A DNA stretch of 63,355 nt, counting the filler, from Phoronis australis (lineage: Eukaryota; Animalia; Phoronida): the NCBI GenBank assembly GCA_002633005.1. It is 4 parts of 4 records of this genome, joined end to end, with 100 filler letters (N's around TTAATTAATTAA, not from the genome) between each part and the next. Parts side by side here need not be neighbours in the genome. Positions count along the whole stretch, not along the records: positions 1 to 31,623 come from NMRA01000530.1; 3 more parts are not named here. The stretch is one strand, 5' to 3'. Shown here one piece after another: positions 12,880 through 26,049 of the stretch; the stretch's first letter is position 1; each line of letters opens with the position of its first letter. The notes below the pieces were generated by a model that saw nothing but the letters and a program-made list of their open reading frames with translations, was not told the DNA's origin and made no database searches. Position numbers and translations under genes: made by a program.

Positions 12880-13260
12880 CTGTAACATGTGATGCTCGGG
12901 TGGGAGCCACCGCAGTTCATGCAGGTATGTTTTGTCTGCACTTCCATGTACTGCAATTTCCCTCGTAGTTAAAGGCATAGCAGTGTCTGGTTGGTGGGTG
13001 CGGTATGGTGTCCGTAGAGGGGCCCGTCATGTGCAGCGACCACAACTCCGGAGCTATCGTCGACCAGGGCGTGACTGGGCTGCGAGCTTTGCAGAAGCAG
13101 TACTGCTCATCGTGAGGTATCTAACCTGGCCTGTTGCGCTGTGCCCCAAGTCGGACATCGGGCATGTACTTCAGTAACTTCGGAGCTCGGTGGGGGTGAG
13201 CATCAATGAATAGGGATGCAAATACGAGAAAGGCATCCGTCCATCGCTCAATGGTTCGAC
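12880..13260 (-). pseudogene. DIRS/Ngaro (tyrosine-recombinase retrotransposon) gag-like ORF1 fragment
   Basis: Manual translation: TIERWTDAFLVFASLFIDAHPHRAPKLLKYMPDVRLGA...G*..HDEQY...PWSTIAPELW...CYAFNYEGNCSTWKC/KHTCMNCGGSHPSITC. This is the typical DIRS/Ngaro ORF1 core plus zinc finger, with one stop and one frameshift. Confidence 0.85.
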
Positions 13261-13439
13261 TACTTTTCCCACATCCCCTGCCACTCCTATTCGTCTCTTG
13301 TCTACCAGGGTCACGCTCCCCCTACGCTGTATATGTTGGTGGACAGGATTTTCAATACATTAAGAATCCTGCCCGTGTGGCACAAACACCACGTTCCTTA
13401 CAATATCTCTTTTTATCACTCCGGCTGGTTTGCTCACTC

Positions 13440-13680
13440 AATAGCCCAGTTGGCTGTTTTTTGTACCCACTTCGTACTTTATATGATATTTGCCCATTTG
13501 GCAGTTTGTACCCATTTGGTACTTATTATTGAATATGCCGTTTTGCTTTACCCACTTGGTAGGCAATCGGCCAATACCCATTTAGTATTATGTACCCATT
13601 TGGTATTACACTAAACAGTGCCACTTAGTATCCGATACTCAATTACACATTGGGTATCGTAAATGTGGGTGTTATCTCTT
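13440..13680. repeat. Degenerate array of TACCCAYTTGGT motifs (about 42-44 bp period)
   Basis: Motif at ~13464, 13508, 13549, 13592, with partial copies between. Resembles subterminal repeats of a DNA transposon. Confidence 0.65.
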
Positions 13681-15129
13681 GTAATTACGGAACCCCGTCT
13701 GGTTGCTTCTGTGAAATAATTCTTTCTAGAGATGTGACCTTGAAATTCCCAACACAGTGTAAAATATGTTATTCTTGTGTTTTTATATGAGCCCAAAAAT
13801 AAATCAGCCCCTTTGGGGATTGGCATAGATTTGTAATCGCTGATTGCAAGCGACAACAGCAGCCTTGCGATTTATGTCGTGGCAAAATCCCGTCTTGGTG
13901 TGGACAGGGAAAACGAAAAGAAAATGATACATGTGAAAGGATACTGTTTTGAAAACGTAATGGAAAAGATGCATTCGCAAAAAATGCCACCGTGTGGAGC
14001 AGCTCATTCGATAAAACTCATCATTTTCCCAACGTCGTTATACTGTACTATACATATGTGATGTAGTAATGTACAAGATGACGTCACAAGGAAATGGAAT
14101 AACTGGGCTTCAAACTGGCCTGGTGTGGACATTACTTTGAGACATGTCTTCAACAATCTCCTTGATGACTAACAATAAAACGTTTTTTGCCAATTACTGG
14201 AAAACTGACTCTTGAATCTTTCTATGCCTGATTGTATTTTCAGATAACGATGAAAATAAAGCGCCACTTTTTAATTGTCTTGTTACTCTTATCATATATT
14301 ATGGATATTTTTCGTTTCGTATGTCCGAGTCTGTCTATGCACATGTTTGAACTATACCGCACTGTACTGTGTAGGTCTGCACCATTTTCTGGTCAATGGG
14401 AGTAAAATTAGAAAGGAGTCGTAAACAAAATCGAAACCCAATGAAGTCATAACTCATCCTTGGTGCAGTCGGGACGGAAAGGGATTACAACACACCCCTA
14501 GCACTTACTCCATATTGGAAACAAGCAATATGGCGGTAGCCTATTTATGTTAACAAATTTGTAACTTTTTGAAAAAAATTAAGCTCATGCCGCAGGATCT
14601 GTGAATCGATTAGCATGTCGGTTACATTTTTCCATCTATGATGATTTTCCAGTTACAGCTTTTGATCCAATGTAATTTCTCACAAAAAACGCAGGAAGAT
14701 TTAGAATCAAGATGGTGGAATCTCTCGAACTACCTCAGTCTTATTACGTCACACTGTATGACTCTAGTGCTGGAAATGCTGGTTTAGTTTTTGGAAATTC
14801 CAATTATACTCATTGAACAAGTCATCTACAGACTGAAGGTGTTGTGTTGCAGAAACCAATGGGATTTTTGCTAGGCTGATTACAAATGACTTTTAGACAC
14901 CGTGACCTGAAAATTACGAGAGTCTAACTAGCAGTTTGGTATTGAAACGTTGCATGTAGTAACAAGATTGGGAACGAAATCATGAAATTGTTACTTAGAG
15001 ATCTGAAGTGTTCAGGTCACCACATTAGGGAAGCGGTTCAAACCGATGAAAAACAGCTCTCGTTTCTGATTAAGAAGCACACAAAACTTTATTAAACACA
15101 ACCGTAAAGCAATGACAATGTTGATAGAA

Positions 15130-15330
15130 AACACTCGCAGCCCTGTCATTCCCATGTAGTTCTTAGAATGGTCTCCCTCAGCAAGCAAAAGGGAGTGGGA
15201 ACCGATATTGCGTTGTCGCGTTCTAAGCATGTTTTGACCAAAGTTGTCCTTCGTCCCAGTCCCCAGCCTGTTCATCGAGATGTTACAGGCTTCCATGAGC
15301 GGACTTGTGTTATTTTAGATGTTCGGAGCT
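15130..15330 (-). pseudogene. Possible Gypsy integrase C-terminal core fragment
   Basis: HLDEQAGDWDE...HA*NATTQ...PF...GR resembles the DWD..L...AYN......SPF....GR motif. Heavily degenerate. Confidence 0.35.
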
Positions 15331-16010
15331 ACATGGACCCATGTAGTCCCAGGGATAGTTTAGAAATGTAATTGAGAAGAAACGATTTCATCACCCTAAC
15401 GAAGACTCGTAAAATGGTAATCAGTATCCCCTTCGTGCCATGTTTCACCCCGAGAATGCAGAAAAAGGAACGAACGATCGAAAGTATTTGTATTGAAGAG
15501 GGATCTGACTAGAACACCATATGATTCTCGCAGTGACGTACAGTAAACGGATTTAAGCAAATAAGGAAAACCGTTCATTACGTTTAGCAATTGATGGTAT
15601 TGGCATGCTCGGGGTGATGCTCAGAACATGATTGCAGCAGCCAAATTCAAGTGACTGGGTTAACGTCCAAGGCTTTAATACGAGTTTGGAAGTTCTGAGA
15701 ACTATTTAGGTGTGACAGGGCCCATTATGTAATTAGAAACAAATGTTATCATATACATGTAGGTCGAGTATAACATTTAAATCTTTAAACACGTGTAGCA
15801 CTTTGTTTTGTAAAAAAGTTAAACAATGCGACGAAAGTGACACTGATAACTCAAATACTTTGACTTCAAAAAAAAAATAATGGAAGACGTCTGTCTTACA
15901 TGTAAGCCCACTACGTCGAAACATCAATCGTACTATGGTGAAGCTATGTACACTTCGAACAAGTGGTATTAAACTATCCTCTAAGCTATTCTGTGAAAAT
16001 GCGCATATTG

Positions 16011-16075
16011 ACGCACACACACACACACACACGCACACACACACACACACACACACGTGGGTNCACACACACACA
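16011..16075. repeat. (CA)n microsatellite
   Basis: Read directly; explains the HTHT/CVCV ORFs. Confidence 0.97.
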
Positions 16076-16901
16076 GACCACGCACTCACTCAATGGTTAC
16101 TTAGTTTTCCATCTCCAAGTCCACCATTGTTTCCAAAGGTATATGTTTTAAAATTATCTCACAAGCATATTTAGATTGTAAATCGCCCCCAACATTTGAT
16201 GGTACATGTTAAACTTTGCTAGAATCAAAATTAATTTTGTTGATGATTATATGTCGTTCATTCCAAAAAGCACACTGGAGTTCTATTTTATTTCACCATC
16301 ACCAAAGTTTAGAAAAATCTTTCCAAAAAATTCCAGAAAATTCACAAATTTCCCAAAGGTTCTAGGGCTAGTTTACAAAATGTACAACCAGAGGGTTTCG
16401 AGACGTCTATTTTGTAAAGATGTGAACTTGTACATATTAGTCTGTGAAGTAGTCGATACTGAAACCATCTTAGTTTTACATCAAGGCGAAACTTGAATAC
16501 ATTTACATACAGTGTTGCAAACCCATAGTCAATTCATTGCCCATCTCATAATTCCACTTATCCTCATATTACGAATACATGTAAATATGTCGCACACTAT
16601 TGACACCCTTTTCGTATTTTGTGTTATCTGTTTTAGCCATTCCGGATAACGTGGTAGACGTACTACAGCACTAGTAATTGGATTTCTTTCACCGACCCAG
16701 GCACACGTTTGCTTTCTTAATTCCTTAAAAAGTTGTTATCATAGGTCTAAACATAGAACTTAACCAAAGAGTGTACTAAAGTTGTCATTGATCGCCCTGC
16801 CAAAAGCATGAATAGACAGCCAGATGGTACCTGACCTCTCACCTCCACGGGAGTGCTATTGTCATTCAAACTATCATGATAGTAGTATCAGGCCCTGCCC
16901 C

Positions 16902-17791
16902 GGATTGTTCTAAGTCCCCTCAAACCCCACGACCCCCTTGATCCTCGACCCGCAATCCCTTCGCTAAGATACAAAGCCCCTTGGCTCTGTATACTTACTT
17001 TATGTTATACTTACTATTTCATAATACCGGTAAACATTCAAAAAACCCGACTCACAACATGTGGCAATAGAGGTATCTGCGCTTTTTAAAATTTTCATCA
17101 TGTTATTACGGTCGCCCAGAAACTCTCCTATAAGAGTTAACTACACGAATCTGCTCTAGCTCGAGACTGGTGGCTAAAATCAGAATGAGGCGTAAGAAAG
17201 ATGTCTAAAATGGCGGATTGTGAGTGTGCTGTCGTTGCCACGGAAATAGCTCCACGACCGGCTTTCAATGACCCTGTTCAACTACACTTAGGGAGATAGT
17301 GTATTAACGTTTATAGATATCAGTTCACATTTTTATTATTCGCTTTCTGTCGTATACTACCTACAACATCGAGATGCTTTTAGGTACATGTAACAGCTTA
17401 TTTGTCAAAACGTACTTACTGAATAAATTACTGTACATATTCGTGGGCTCCACGCACTCTCTCAAAAATAGCTTGAATCTGCCATTCACCGAAGAGCAAA
17501 AGAGACGATTACATCTGAAACGTTGTTAACCAGGTAGACATTTGATTTGATTTGGTCGCGTTGTTCTTTCTGTTGTTTGGCCCTCAAAGTTGCCGCACCG
17601 ACTTCCTTAATTGTAAAAACATACGTCCAGTGTTCTTTATACCAGTCAAACCCACCAAAGCCGAAGGCTAATCGATTATCTGAGGCAAGCGAGCCCGGCT
17701 TTCGGTATTTTAAGAGCGGGTCGTGGGTCAAGGGGATTGTGGGTCGAATGGGTCGAAAGTTGTGGGTGTCGACGGGGTGTTAGAACAATCC
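16902..17791. mobile_element. Non-autonomous Mutator/MULE-like DNA transposon
   Basis: Perfect 12-bp TIR GGATTGTTCTAA/TTAGAACAATCC with subterminal CGACCC/GGGTCG repeats. Flanks CCCTGCCCC and CTCTGCTCC match at 7 of 9, a decayed 9-bp TSD. Confidence 0.75.
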
Positions 17792-18412
17792 CTCTGCTCC
17801 TTTACAACAGCCTCCCTACTAGGCAAACCTGGTTACCACCTTAAGCTACTCGACGGTACTGACTGCTTGTAGAGCCAGTCTTTCACAGACAAATTTCCGT
17901 CAAACATCAAGCAACTCATAATTTGTTTTTCTCGGCAAATAAAAACCCCGATGGATATGTGTACTTACTGTCAATACAGAAGGGAATTGTGTCTAACTTT
18001 TTATTTTCCCTCTAACAACAGCTAACAGGTTGATTTTAAATCATCTTCACAAGTCTAATATTTTGGAAGGTCGATAGCTCTGTTAAATAAAAATCTGAGA
18101 TATTGTATGAGCATGCACACATATCCTTATGCATTTATGGAATGTTGAGTAGCAAATATAGAAACTATGGAGGCTATACAGTATGTGTATAATAGTATTT
18201 TGGGGGACAAAAAAGCCACTTAATGAAATTTTGAAAAAATCTGTGATAATAATGTTATGGTGATTAAACCGAAAGTTGTGAAGAAGACCTCCCGATTTGA
18301 TTCACACAATTCGTTTTGTTATAATGAGATTTTAGCAGTGGAATAATAATACCTCACTGGAGAAGCAACAACATTGTGCACAAGTAGGTGACACCGAAAA
18401 AAAAAACAGGAT

Positions 18413-18870
18413 TCAATGGTTAGCAGCGTCCCTGCAACCAGTGTAATGTCCCAAAGGGTCAGGAAATGCATCCCGGATGGCCCATACACAACAACTCGGG
18501 ACAACTCTTCGTTTACCTCTGCCAAGATGCCCATGTCGCCAATTGATAAAATGCCTGTAAGCTTGACGCCGTTCGGATGCTAATGCATCCGTTCGTGATC
18601 TGAGTGGCATCGGATCAATCCGCTGCAGTTTGCCCCAATCAAGTAAACTTTTCTTCAAACAACACTCGTGGACATTCTGAAAACATTTGTAAAATGTGTT
18701 TTGATGCTGTCTCAACATTAATTTATATTTGACAGGGATTTGCGTAAAGTAAAATTTGTTATGAATTATAAGCACCTACTGGTTTATGTGCGTTGGCATC
18801 CGATAAGCTAAGCGTACATGGACAAGGCAACAGGCAGACTCTGCACATGTCAATTTCTAACCACGCATAC
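18413..18870 (-). pseudogene. P2X7 cytoplasmic-ballast/nanor-like Cys-rich domain remnant, probably transposon-borne
   Basis: RQAYRHFINWRHGHLGRGKRRVVPSCCVWAIRDAFPDPLGHYTG (18413-18620) matches the AYR.F..W..G.LG...R...PSC.V..IR..FP...G.Y.G signature. An upstream ESACC piece lies near 18830. Confidence 0.8.
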
Positions 18871-21800
18871 AACTAAAACTTAACGATTGTGGGAAACCAG
18901 GAAGTCACGTTTGCGCACTCTTTGAAACGAGTTATAACCATTGAAGAGGATACTACTCTAGGAGGCGCTTGTAATCGTGTGACTTAAATACGGACTCGTT
19001 TGAATTTGCCGGTGTAACAAAGACACTCTAAAATATCTTTGACAGTAACTTAGATATTTGGGTAGTTATATACTTTCCATCAGTATTCCTTTTTATGCAA
19101 TAGGCCAGTTTTCTTTTCATACAATCCTTCAGATCAAGTTTTGAGTAAATATCCACACTTCAACGAGACCATCGTCCATAGAGTCTATCCAAGCCATAGA
19201 CATCGCATTATGTTGATGTCTATGGTCCAAGCATTCGCAATTTTGTTGCGTTTTAGTGTTTAAACGTGACCATTACATGGTCGTTAAAAAGTCACCACTA
19301 CTTGCAGCAAGGCGTACATGTACATCGGGGCAGACCAGCAAAACTGAGGGGAACCAGTGTTGAGAAAGTAGAACATGAGAAACTGTCGGGAAACGAGCGA
19401 TCATATGGTGGGCCGTTGAGAGGAAAGTGTCGTAATTACAAGCGTAAATTAAATTGCAAAAATGCTACAGTAAAATTACGTTCGCAAATTAAATGGGGGA
19501 ACGTCGCCTTAAAGTACGCTCGTAAAATACCTTAAGAGTGAAGTACGGCTCACAGCAGGCAAAAATGCCCAGAGTGGTGATAAACCCAATGTCACCGATT
19601 TGAACCATACTATGCATTTTAGTTACCTTTGGGATGATAAACAAAACAGTAAAGTCCAATCTCATTTTACCTTGTTTAAGGGGGAGAAATCAGGGAGCCT
19701 CAATTTTGGGGGTATGCCATGCAATAAACTCGCCGAAAATGCCTTATTTGCACTGCACAATAAAAAAATATCGACGCACGAGATTATTATTTGTTTGTAA
19801 TTTTGAAATAAAGCAAGTCTTCGGCTTTACAAAGATGTTAAACAATACTTATTAACTCTGCCGCTAAGTTAAAAATTTCAGGCATAAAGTATAGAGGGGT
19901 CAGAGGTTAACAAGGCATTGCAATTTCGCCACAATTTGAGCCCATATATCTCAGCTGGCACAACACTGATCAACACCAGACTTATACACAAGACNAAGAT
20001 TGCGACAACCACCTGAGTAGAAATTACCTTCAATACCGATACCTGTTTGGAACATTACAACACCAGTAAAGTGCATAGTTTTGATTCAAAAGTTGATTTA
20101 TTAATATTTAGTTAAGTTTCATTAAGTCAGGCGCAATTGTTTAAGGAATTTTTCCTTTTTAATTAAAATTCCGCGTTTTTCGTGAACCCAGTGTCCAACA
20201 GCAGGTGTCACTTTAGTGGTGGAAAAATGGTTGATCCTGACTTGCTGTGTTATCTGCCAGTATGATGGAGTGTGATGAAGTGTATGGAACCTCAAAAGAA
20301 TGTCCTCTGCACATGTGTGAAATCTTGATGCGGCATAAAGTGAGTACCAAACCACCGCACCTACAGACTGTGCGGCATCTGATTTTGGCGAGAGTCGGAA
20401 AATTTACAAATGCGTGTTCACCGGACCCGTGTCACGCCTGTGTGACTGCGTCCAAGGCAAGGGCAAGACACCGGGCTCATCTTAGAATTCTGTGGAAACC
20501 ATGTAGACTCTGCAAACACCCATTTCATTAGTGGTAGCTCGCGTGCCAAGCCTGAAGTGGGGATGCTGGTTGAAATGTCTAAAGTCGAACTTACTTTCAC
20601 AGGAAATCAACAATGTCAATGCATTTGTGTTCTTTCCTGTTGGATCTGGTGAGTACTACTACTGCTTTGTTTGAATTTGAGGTTATCACGATAGCATTGT
20701 GACGGTAATAGTCAGTTTTGTGGATACATGATTCGAGAACGAGTTAGCACCGCTAGAAACAACAGATGTTATTCTTATACAGTACCCTGCAATGCAAGTT
20801 ACTGGTCCTCCTTTCAGGAAGATCACAAACTGAGTGACCATGCATCTACCACAAAAATGTAACAACAGTACTTGTTTTTGAACATGTAGTATAGAGAGAG
20901 CTTTTTATTGTACACACTGGTGAAATTTAGTAGTCCTATGCCTGCATCACTGTAAATAACTGATAAACAGTCTTGTGTTCCTAAAGGCAAATCAGTGATA
21001 TACCTGCCCCATTGCCGTTGTTGGAGTGTAGGCTAGCCTAGAGCTATTCAGTTCATTTACTAGTAGCGTCTTGTGTTAGTTGTAAGTTTAGTCTGAGATT
21101 ATGCGCATCTAGTGGCCTGTACTTTTTGCAAGCGCAAAATGCAATATCTTATTGACTTTCACTTTTCAACAACCGATATTGTTGTTATGCGTCTTCTTTT
21201 TAGTTCATTACAGGAAGTAAATATTGATGAATGCTGTAGTTATAGCATTATAAATTCCAATTTTAACTGACAACCTGCATGTCGGAATTTCTTTTCACTT
21301 CAGCGGTCAGTGAATTATGTAATTCTGGAAATCATAGCGTGTCGTTATGTTTTATGAGTACCACTATGTTGACATTTGTTGTCTGGATATGGTATTCATT
21401 TGATGTCCAAAGGAATCCAATCAAACTGGCAAAAATTAATCAAGTACCCACAGTGTTTTTTCTTGTTGTGCTTATGGTCGTTTTACATATTACACTACAT
21501 GGGTCAAATGAATTATCTCAGCTAAAATCATTGGATCACTCAGCGGCAGTCACACCTGTGTAGTGGCTGGGCTCTGCAAAGTTCTGCAAAAAATCTATAA
21601 TTCGAGAGTGTTACAACCTTCCTGTCATTTTTCAGAAAGTAGAGCAACAAAGCAGACCCCGCAAAAACTGTACAGGCGATGAAGACGGATGAGCAGTTTC
21701 GGGAGGAAGGCTGGCTGACACTACAACAGGATAAAAGTTTCTTTTCACGCTTGGCTGCCTTGAACTGCGCTGGAAAATGGTCAAATGAGGGAGATAATGA

Positions 21801-21914
21801 ACTTGACAGTCAGTGATGTCCAGTAATACTCCAGATTTCATCTTTGGCTTCATTGACTGTAATTTTCCACTTATTTTTTCATGATGTGATACATGTAGCT
21901 TTACCTTAGAAATT

Positions 21915-23900
21915 TCTTTTTTTTAATGTTTATTACGAAATCTTCAGAATACAATGAATATACATAACCCAGAAAGCGCCAAGAGGCATTAGATCTGGGT
22001 AAAAAAATACAAAGAAGTCTATATACAATGATTATATACAAATACATCAATAAAAAAACTGATGTTAAGATTACAATGATATATGACAAGGAATGAAAAT
22101 AATTTATTTTCATACAGATGTATAAAATTCTATCCACTCACACAAAGAGATTTAATGTTATAAAGAAATTCTGATACTATTTCAAATAAAACCATATTTT
22201 CGTTTGAGTTAAGTTCTTGACATCCATATAGAAAGAAATTAATTTTGTTGTACAATTGCGGAATTTCAGAGTATTTTTTATAAACATTGGNNNNNNNNNN
22301 NNNNNNNNNNNNNNNNNNNNNNNNNNNNNNNNNNNNNNNNNNNNNNNNNNNNNNNNNNNNNNNNNNNNNNNNNNNNNNNNNNNNNNNNNNNNNNNNNNNN
22401 NNNNNNNNNNNNNNNNNNNNNNNNNNNNNNNNNNNNNNNNNNNNNNNNNNNNNNNNNNNNNNNNNNNNNNNNNNNNNNNNNNNNNNNNNNNNNNNNNNNN
22501 NNNNNNNNNNNNNNNNNNNNNNNNNNNNNNNNNNNNNNNNNNNNNNNNNNNNNNNNNNNNNNNNNNNNNNNNNNNNNNNNNNNNNNNNNNNNNNNNNNNN
22601 NNNNNNNNNNNNNNNNNNNNNNNNNNNNNNNNNNNNNNNNNNNNNNNNNNNNNNNNNNNNNNNNNNNNNNNNNNNNNNNNNNNNNNNNNNNNNNNNNNNN
22701 NNNNNNNNNNNNNNNNNNNNNNNNNNNNNNNNNNNNNNNNNNNNNNNNNNNNNNNNNNNNNNNNNNNNNNNNNNNNNNNNNNNNNNNNNNNNNNNNNNNN
22801 NNNNNNNNNNNNNNNNNNNNNNNNNNNNNNNNNNNNNNNNNNNNNNNNNNNNNNNNNNNNNNNNNNNNNNNNNNNNNNNNNNNNNNNNNNNNNNNNNNNN
22901 NNNNNNNNNNNNNNNNNNNNNNNNNNNNNNNNNNNNNNNNNNNNNNNNNNNNNNNNNNNNNNNNNNNNNNNNNNNNNNNNNNNNNNNNNNNNNNNNNNNN
23001 NNNNNNNNNNNNNNNNNNNNNNNNNNNNNNNNNNNNNNNNNNNNNNNNNNNNNNNNNNNNNNNNNNNNNNNNNNNNNNNNNNNNNNNNNNNNNNNNNNNN
23101 NNNNNNNNNNNNNNNNNNNNNNNNNNNNNNNNNNNNNNNNNNNNNNNNNNNNNNNNNNNNNNNNNNNNNNNNNNNNNNNNNNNNNNNNNNNNNNNNNNNN
23201 NNNNNNNNNNNNNNNNNNNNNNNNNNNTATTGGTATCATAACGCCAAGCTTCCAGTTCAAAGGAAATTTTCCAGATTGTAATATTTTGTTGTATAATGTT
23301 GTCAGAGGAAGTGTAAGCTCTCTTGCTATTATCTTGATCATTTTATTGGTTATGAGATTGGTACCGTCGTTTTTGTTTTCGTCAATGTTTTCTAGTAGTT
23401 TTCTGACTTCAGATGGTTGGGCTTCTATGTAAGAGAGGTGTTCTAATGTTCTGTTTGGGAATTCTGGATAGTTTATTGTTGGTGCAATGTGATTCTTGGC
23501 AGTGAAGTAGTCTAGAAATAAGATACTTTTATCGGCTTTGGATGACGCCTGAGAGTTGGATTATTTTTCTTCGCAATCTGTGAGACTGTTCACTGAGTTT
23601 AACATCTCCTTCGTTTTTGTTATCGTAGAGCGAGTTAGTTAAATCTTTGAATGTCACAAAAGATTAACATCATGGGTGTATGAAAAGAAATTACTGGTAG
23701 AATCACGAGCTGGCGGCACAGAAATGTATTCAACGATAGAGGACATTTTTCTTCTTAACAGCTTGGTTTAAAAATATTGATCAAAACCATTTTAATTGGA
23801 TTCACATAGAGTTCAGCCAGGCATTTGATTCGAATCATAGAACAAAATTGCTTTATATACTAATATCAAAAGGTTCGGTTGGACCTCTCATAACAGTTTT
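21915..23900 (-). mobile_element. CR1/L2-group LINE, RT-containing 3' part spanning the N gap
   Basis: IKIIARELTLPLTTLYNKILQSGKFPLNWKLGVMIPI (pre-RT), C-terminal FLYGCQELNSNENMVLFEIVSEFL, then a 3' UTR ending in AATAAA plus an A-rich tail near 21917. Confidence 0.85.
22291..23227. other. Assembly gap (937 N)
   Basis: N run. Confidence 1.
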
Positions 23901-25651
23901 ACAGAGTACTCATTCAGTTGCAAATTCTAAAATAAAGACTGAATAGGGAATAAAACATCAACTTTTTGAGTGCAAGACTGGAGTCAGACGAGACTGCATG
24001 CTAAGCACATAATTGTTCTTTATATGCGCTAACTGCGAAGCGATACCGAAGCTAGTTTACAGTGAAACAACACGTGTAGATGAGATAAATATAGATTATT
24101 ACATGGCGAAGTCGTTATCCCCCGTTATCTAGAGCCCGAGTGGATTTTGGAAAATTATCGCCCGAGGGGCGTTAGCATGACACTCGCGCAAAAGGCAAGG
24201 AAAGCAAAGAATTAGTAGATACATGTTCTGTGTCAAATGGTACTTACGTGTAATAGAAGAAATGTATTGTTAGCTTTTAAGTTGCATGAAACAATGACAG
24301 GACCCATTTTATTCTATAGAGCAGAAATATCTGCTAGTAGTCATAGAAAAAATTGAAAATGTTTAAACAAATTTCTGTAAATGGTTTTCGTCGAACGATA
24401 TTTTAATATCATTCGATCTTCATAAAAGACTACCAACGCCATGGCAAACAAAGTGTGTGACCGTCAGGATATTTATATGTGTATGCCGATAAAATATTTG
24501 TGAGAATGCAAAATGTTAGACTTTCAAAACAATGTTTCAATTGCATGGTTGAAATAATTTTTGTACCCATATTAAAAAGGTGTGTACTACTGGTTTGGGT
24601 CAACTATGGTTGAACCAAGGCGTCGGTGATGAACAATACTCTTGTGGGAATTCAAACAAAGGCTGAAAGATGTTACTTTTTAAAGTTGATTGTCGTTAGT
24701 AGAAAACACAATTACTTGCGAATTTTACAGAGGAATTAACTCTGAGTTGTGTTGTGAAATTATTTATTTGGAGAGCTGGCGTAACAGAAGATATTTTACA
24801 TCGCAAACAATAGATGTTCCACTTGCACATTAGAAATTGATAACGATAGAAGAAATGGTATTCCTAAAAGTGAAAGAACTTGTAAAATTTGTTCGGTATT
24901 GGTAGAAATTATTGATTCGTACCACCCCGCAGCGATATCAGGTCTCTTTTAAGTCGAGAACACTTTTAAAAACAAGTTCACTGTATATACTGAAATAAAA
25001 TATCAAATATTTAATGACAGTGTACGCATGTATAAAGTTTGTATAATAATAAGCTATTGTGAACTGTGAACCAGTGGCCTCTTGCTCAAAAATATAGTTA
25101 TTGCCAAGTTATTAATAATGCCGTGAAGTATTTTGTATCGCGAAGCTTTGTCAAAATGCTAGGATGCGTACTGCGGAGCAAGTTTCTTGCAAGACAAGCA
25201 AGTTCCCGCAAGTCTGTGAGATGTTATTGCAAGTAAAACTCTCAACTGTCTTACGTGTACAGAGCGCGCCACTGATACAGTGTTTTGCTAGTTTGTCGTT
25301 TACCCTAACAGCAGCGCTAGCAGACAGTACCAGTTATCACATACAGTAACTACTTTGTAACTACTTTAAATATTCAAAACATGAAGGAAATGTGAAACAC
25401 TCACCAGGTAGAAATTTCAGCAACTCAAATTCATGAATGTACAGAAACATCTACGGTTTAGAGATCACTGGTTATCGTGTGAAAGTTATAGCTAGGACCT
25501 TTATTCTTCTGGTTGAGATATCATAAAGATCAGGCACGGTTTCAAGCTCTGATCGTATATAATTGTCCAAATCTCGTGTGAAAAAGGCAAAACGCCGATC
25601 ATGGGATGTATGACATAACAGTTGGCAGTAAACAGTAATTGCACAGATATT

Positions 25652-25729
25652 GGGTCCTCAGTAGCTGAGTGGAAAGAGCATTATAACGGCAATCTAGATA
25701 CCTGTGGTTCAATTTCCAGATGGGGTTCC
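25652..25729 (+). mobile_element. tRNA-derived SINE head / tRNA pseudogene
   Basis: A-box TAGCTGAGTGG and B-box GGTTCAATTTCC at tRNA spacing. Stems degenerate. Confidence 0.65.
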
Positions 25730-26049
25730 TAATTTTTCTGTGTTTATTTGATATACATGTATGTATGTTGCACTTCTGGCCAATTTCAGCGTCTGTACAT
25801 TTACTTTATCTAATTAACATGTACTGATGCATTGTTGATTGTATACAATTGTCCAGGTATACAGGTACTAAGTTTCTTAAGACGTATTTAGTTAGTAAAA
25901 TTATTTTTTGAAACACGGGGTCATGGTGGAAACTCTTTAGTGAACACATGCACGTAGTCTCGGCTAAATCTCTTCTCTAGGTCTGCTGTTATGCAGCAAA
26001 ACACCAAAAGACTTAACGGACAAACAAGTTAAAATAGTCATTTGAGTCT

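Noticed and set aside
15733-16174. CVCV/HTHT-rich ORFs
   Set aside because: Translations of the (CA)n microsatellite.
20603-20648. 46-nt segment with good acceptor (tttcacAG) and donor (GTGAGT)
   Set aside because: No partner exons or recognisable peptide. Cannot be supported as a gene.
22256-23432. 341-403-aa ORFs
   Set aside because: Artefacts of translating through the N gap. Only the minus-strand flanks are real LINE RT sequence.
25652-25729. Functional tRNA gene (also 35293-35374)
   Set aside because: Stems are degenerate and boxes deviate from consensus. Treated as SINE heads or pseudogenes.
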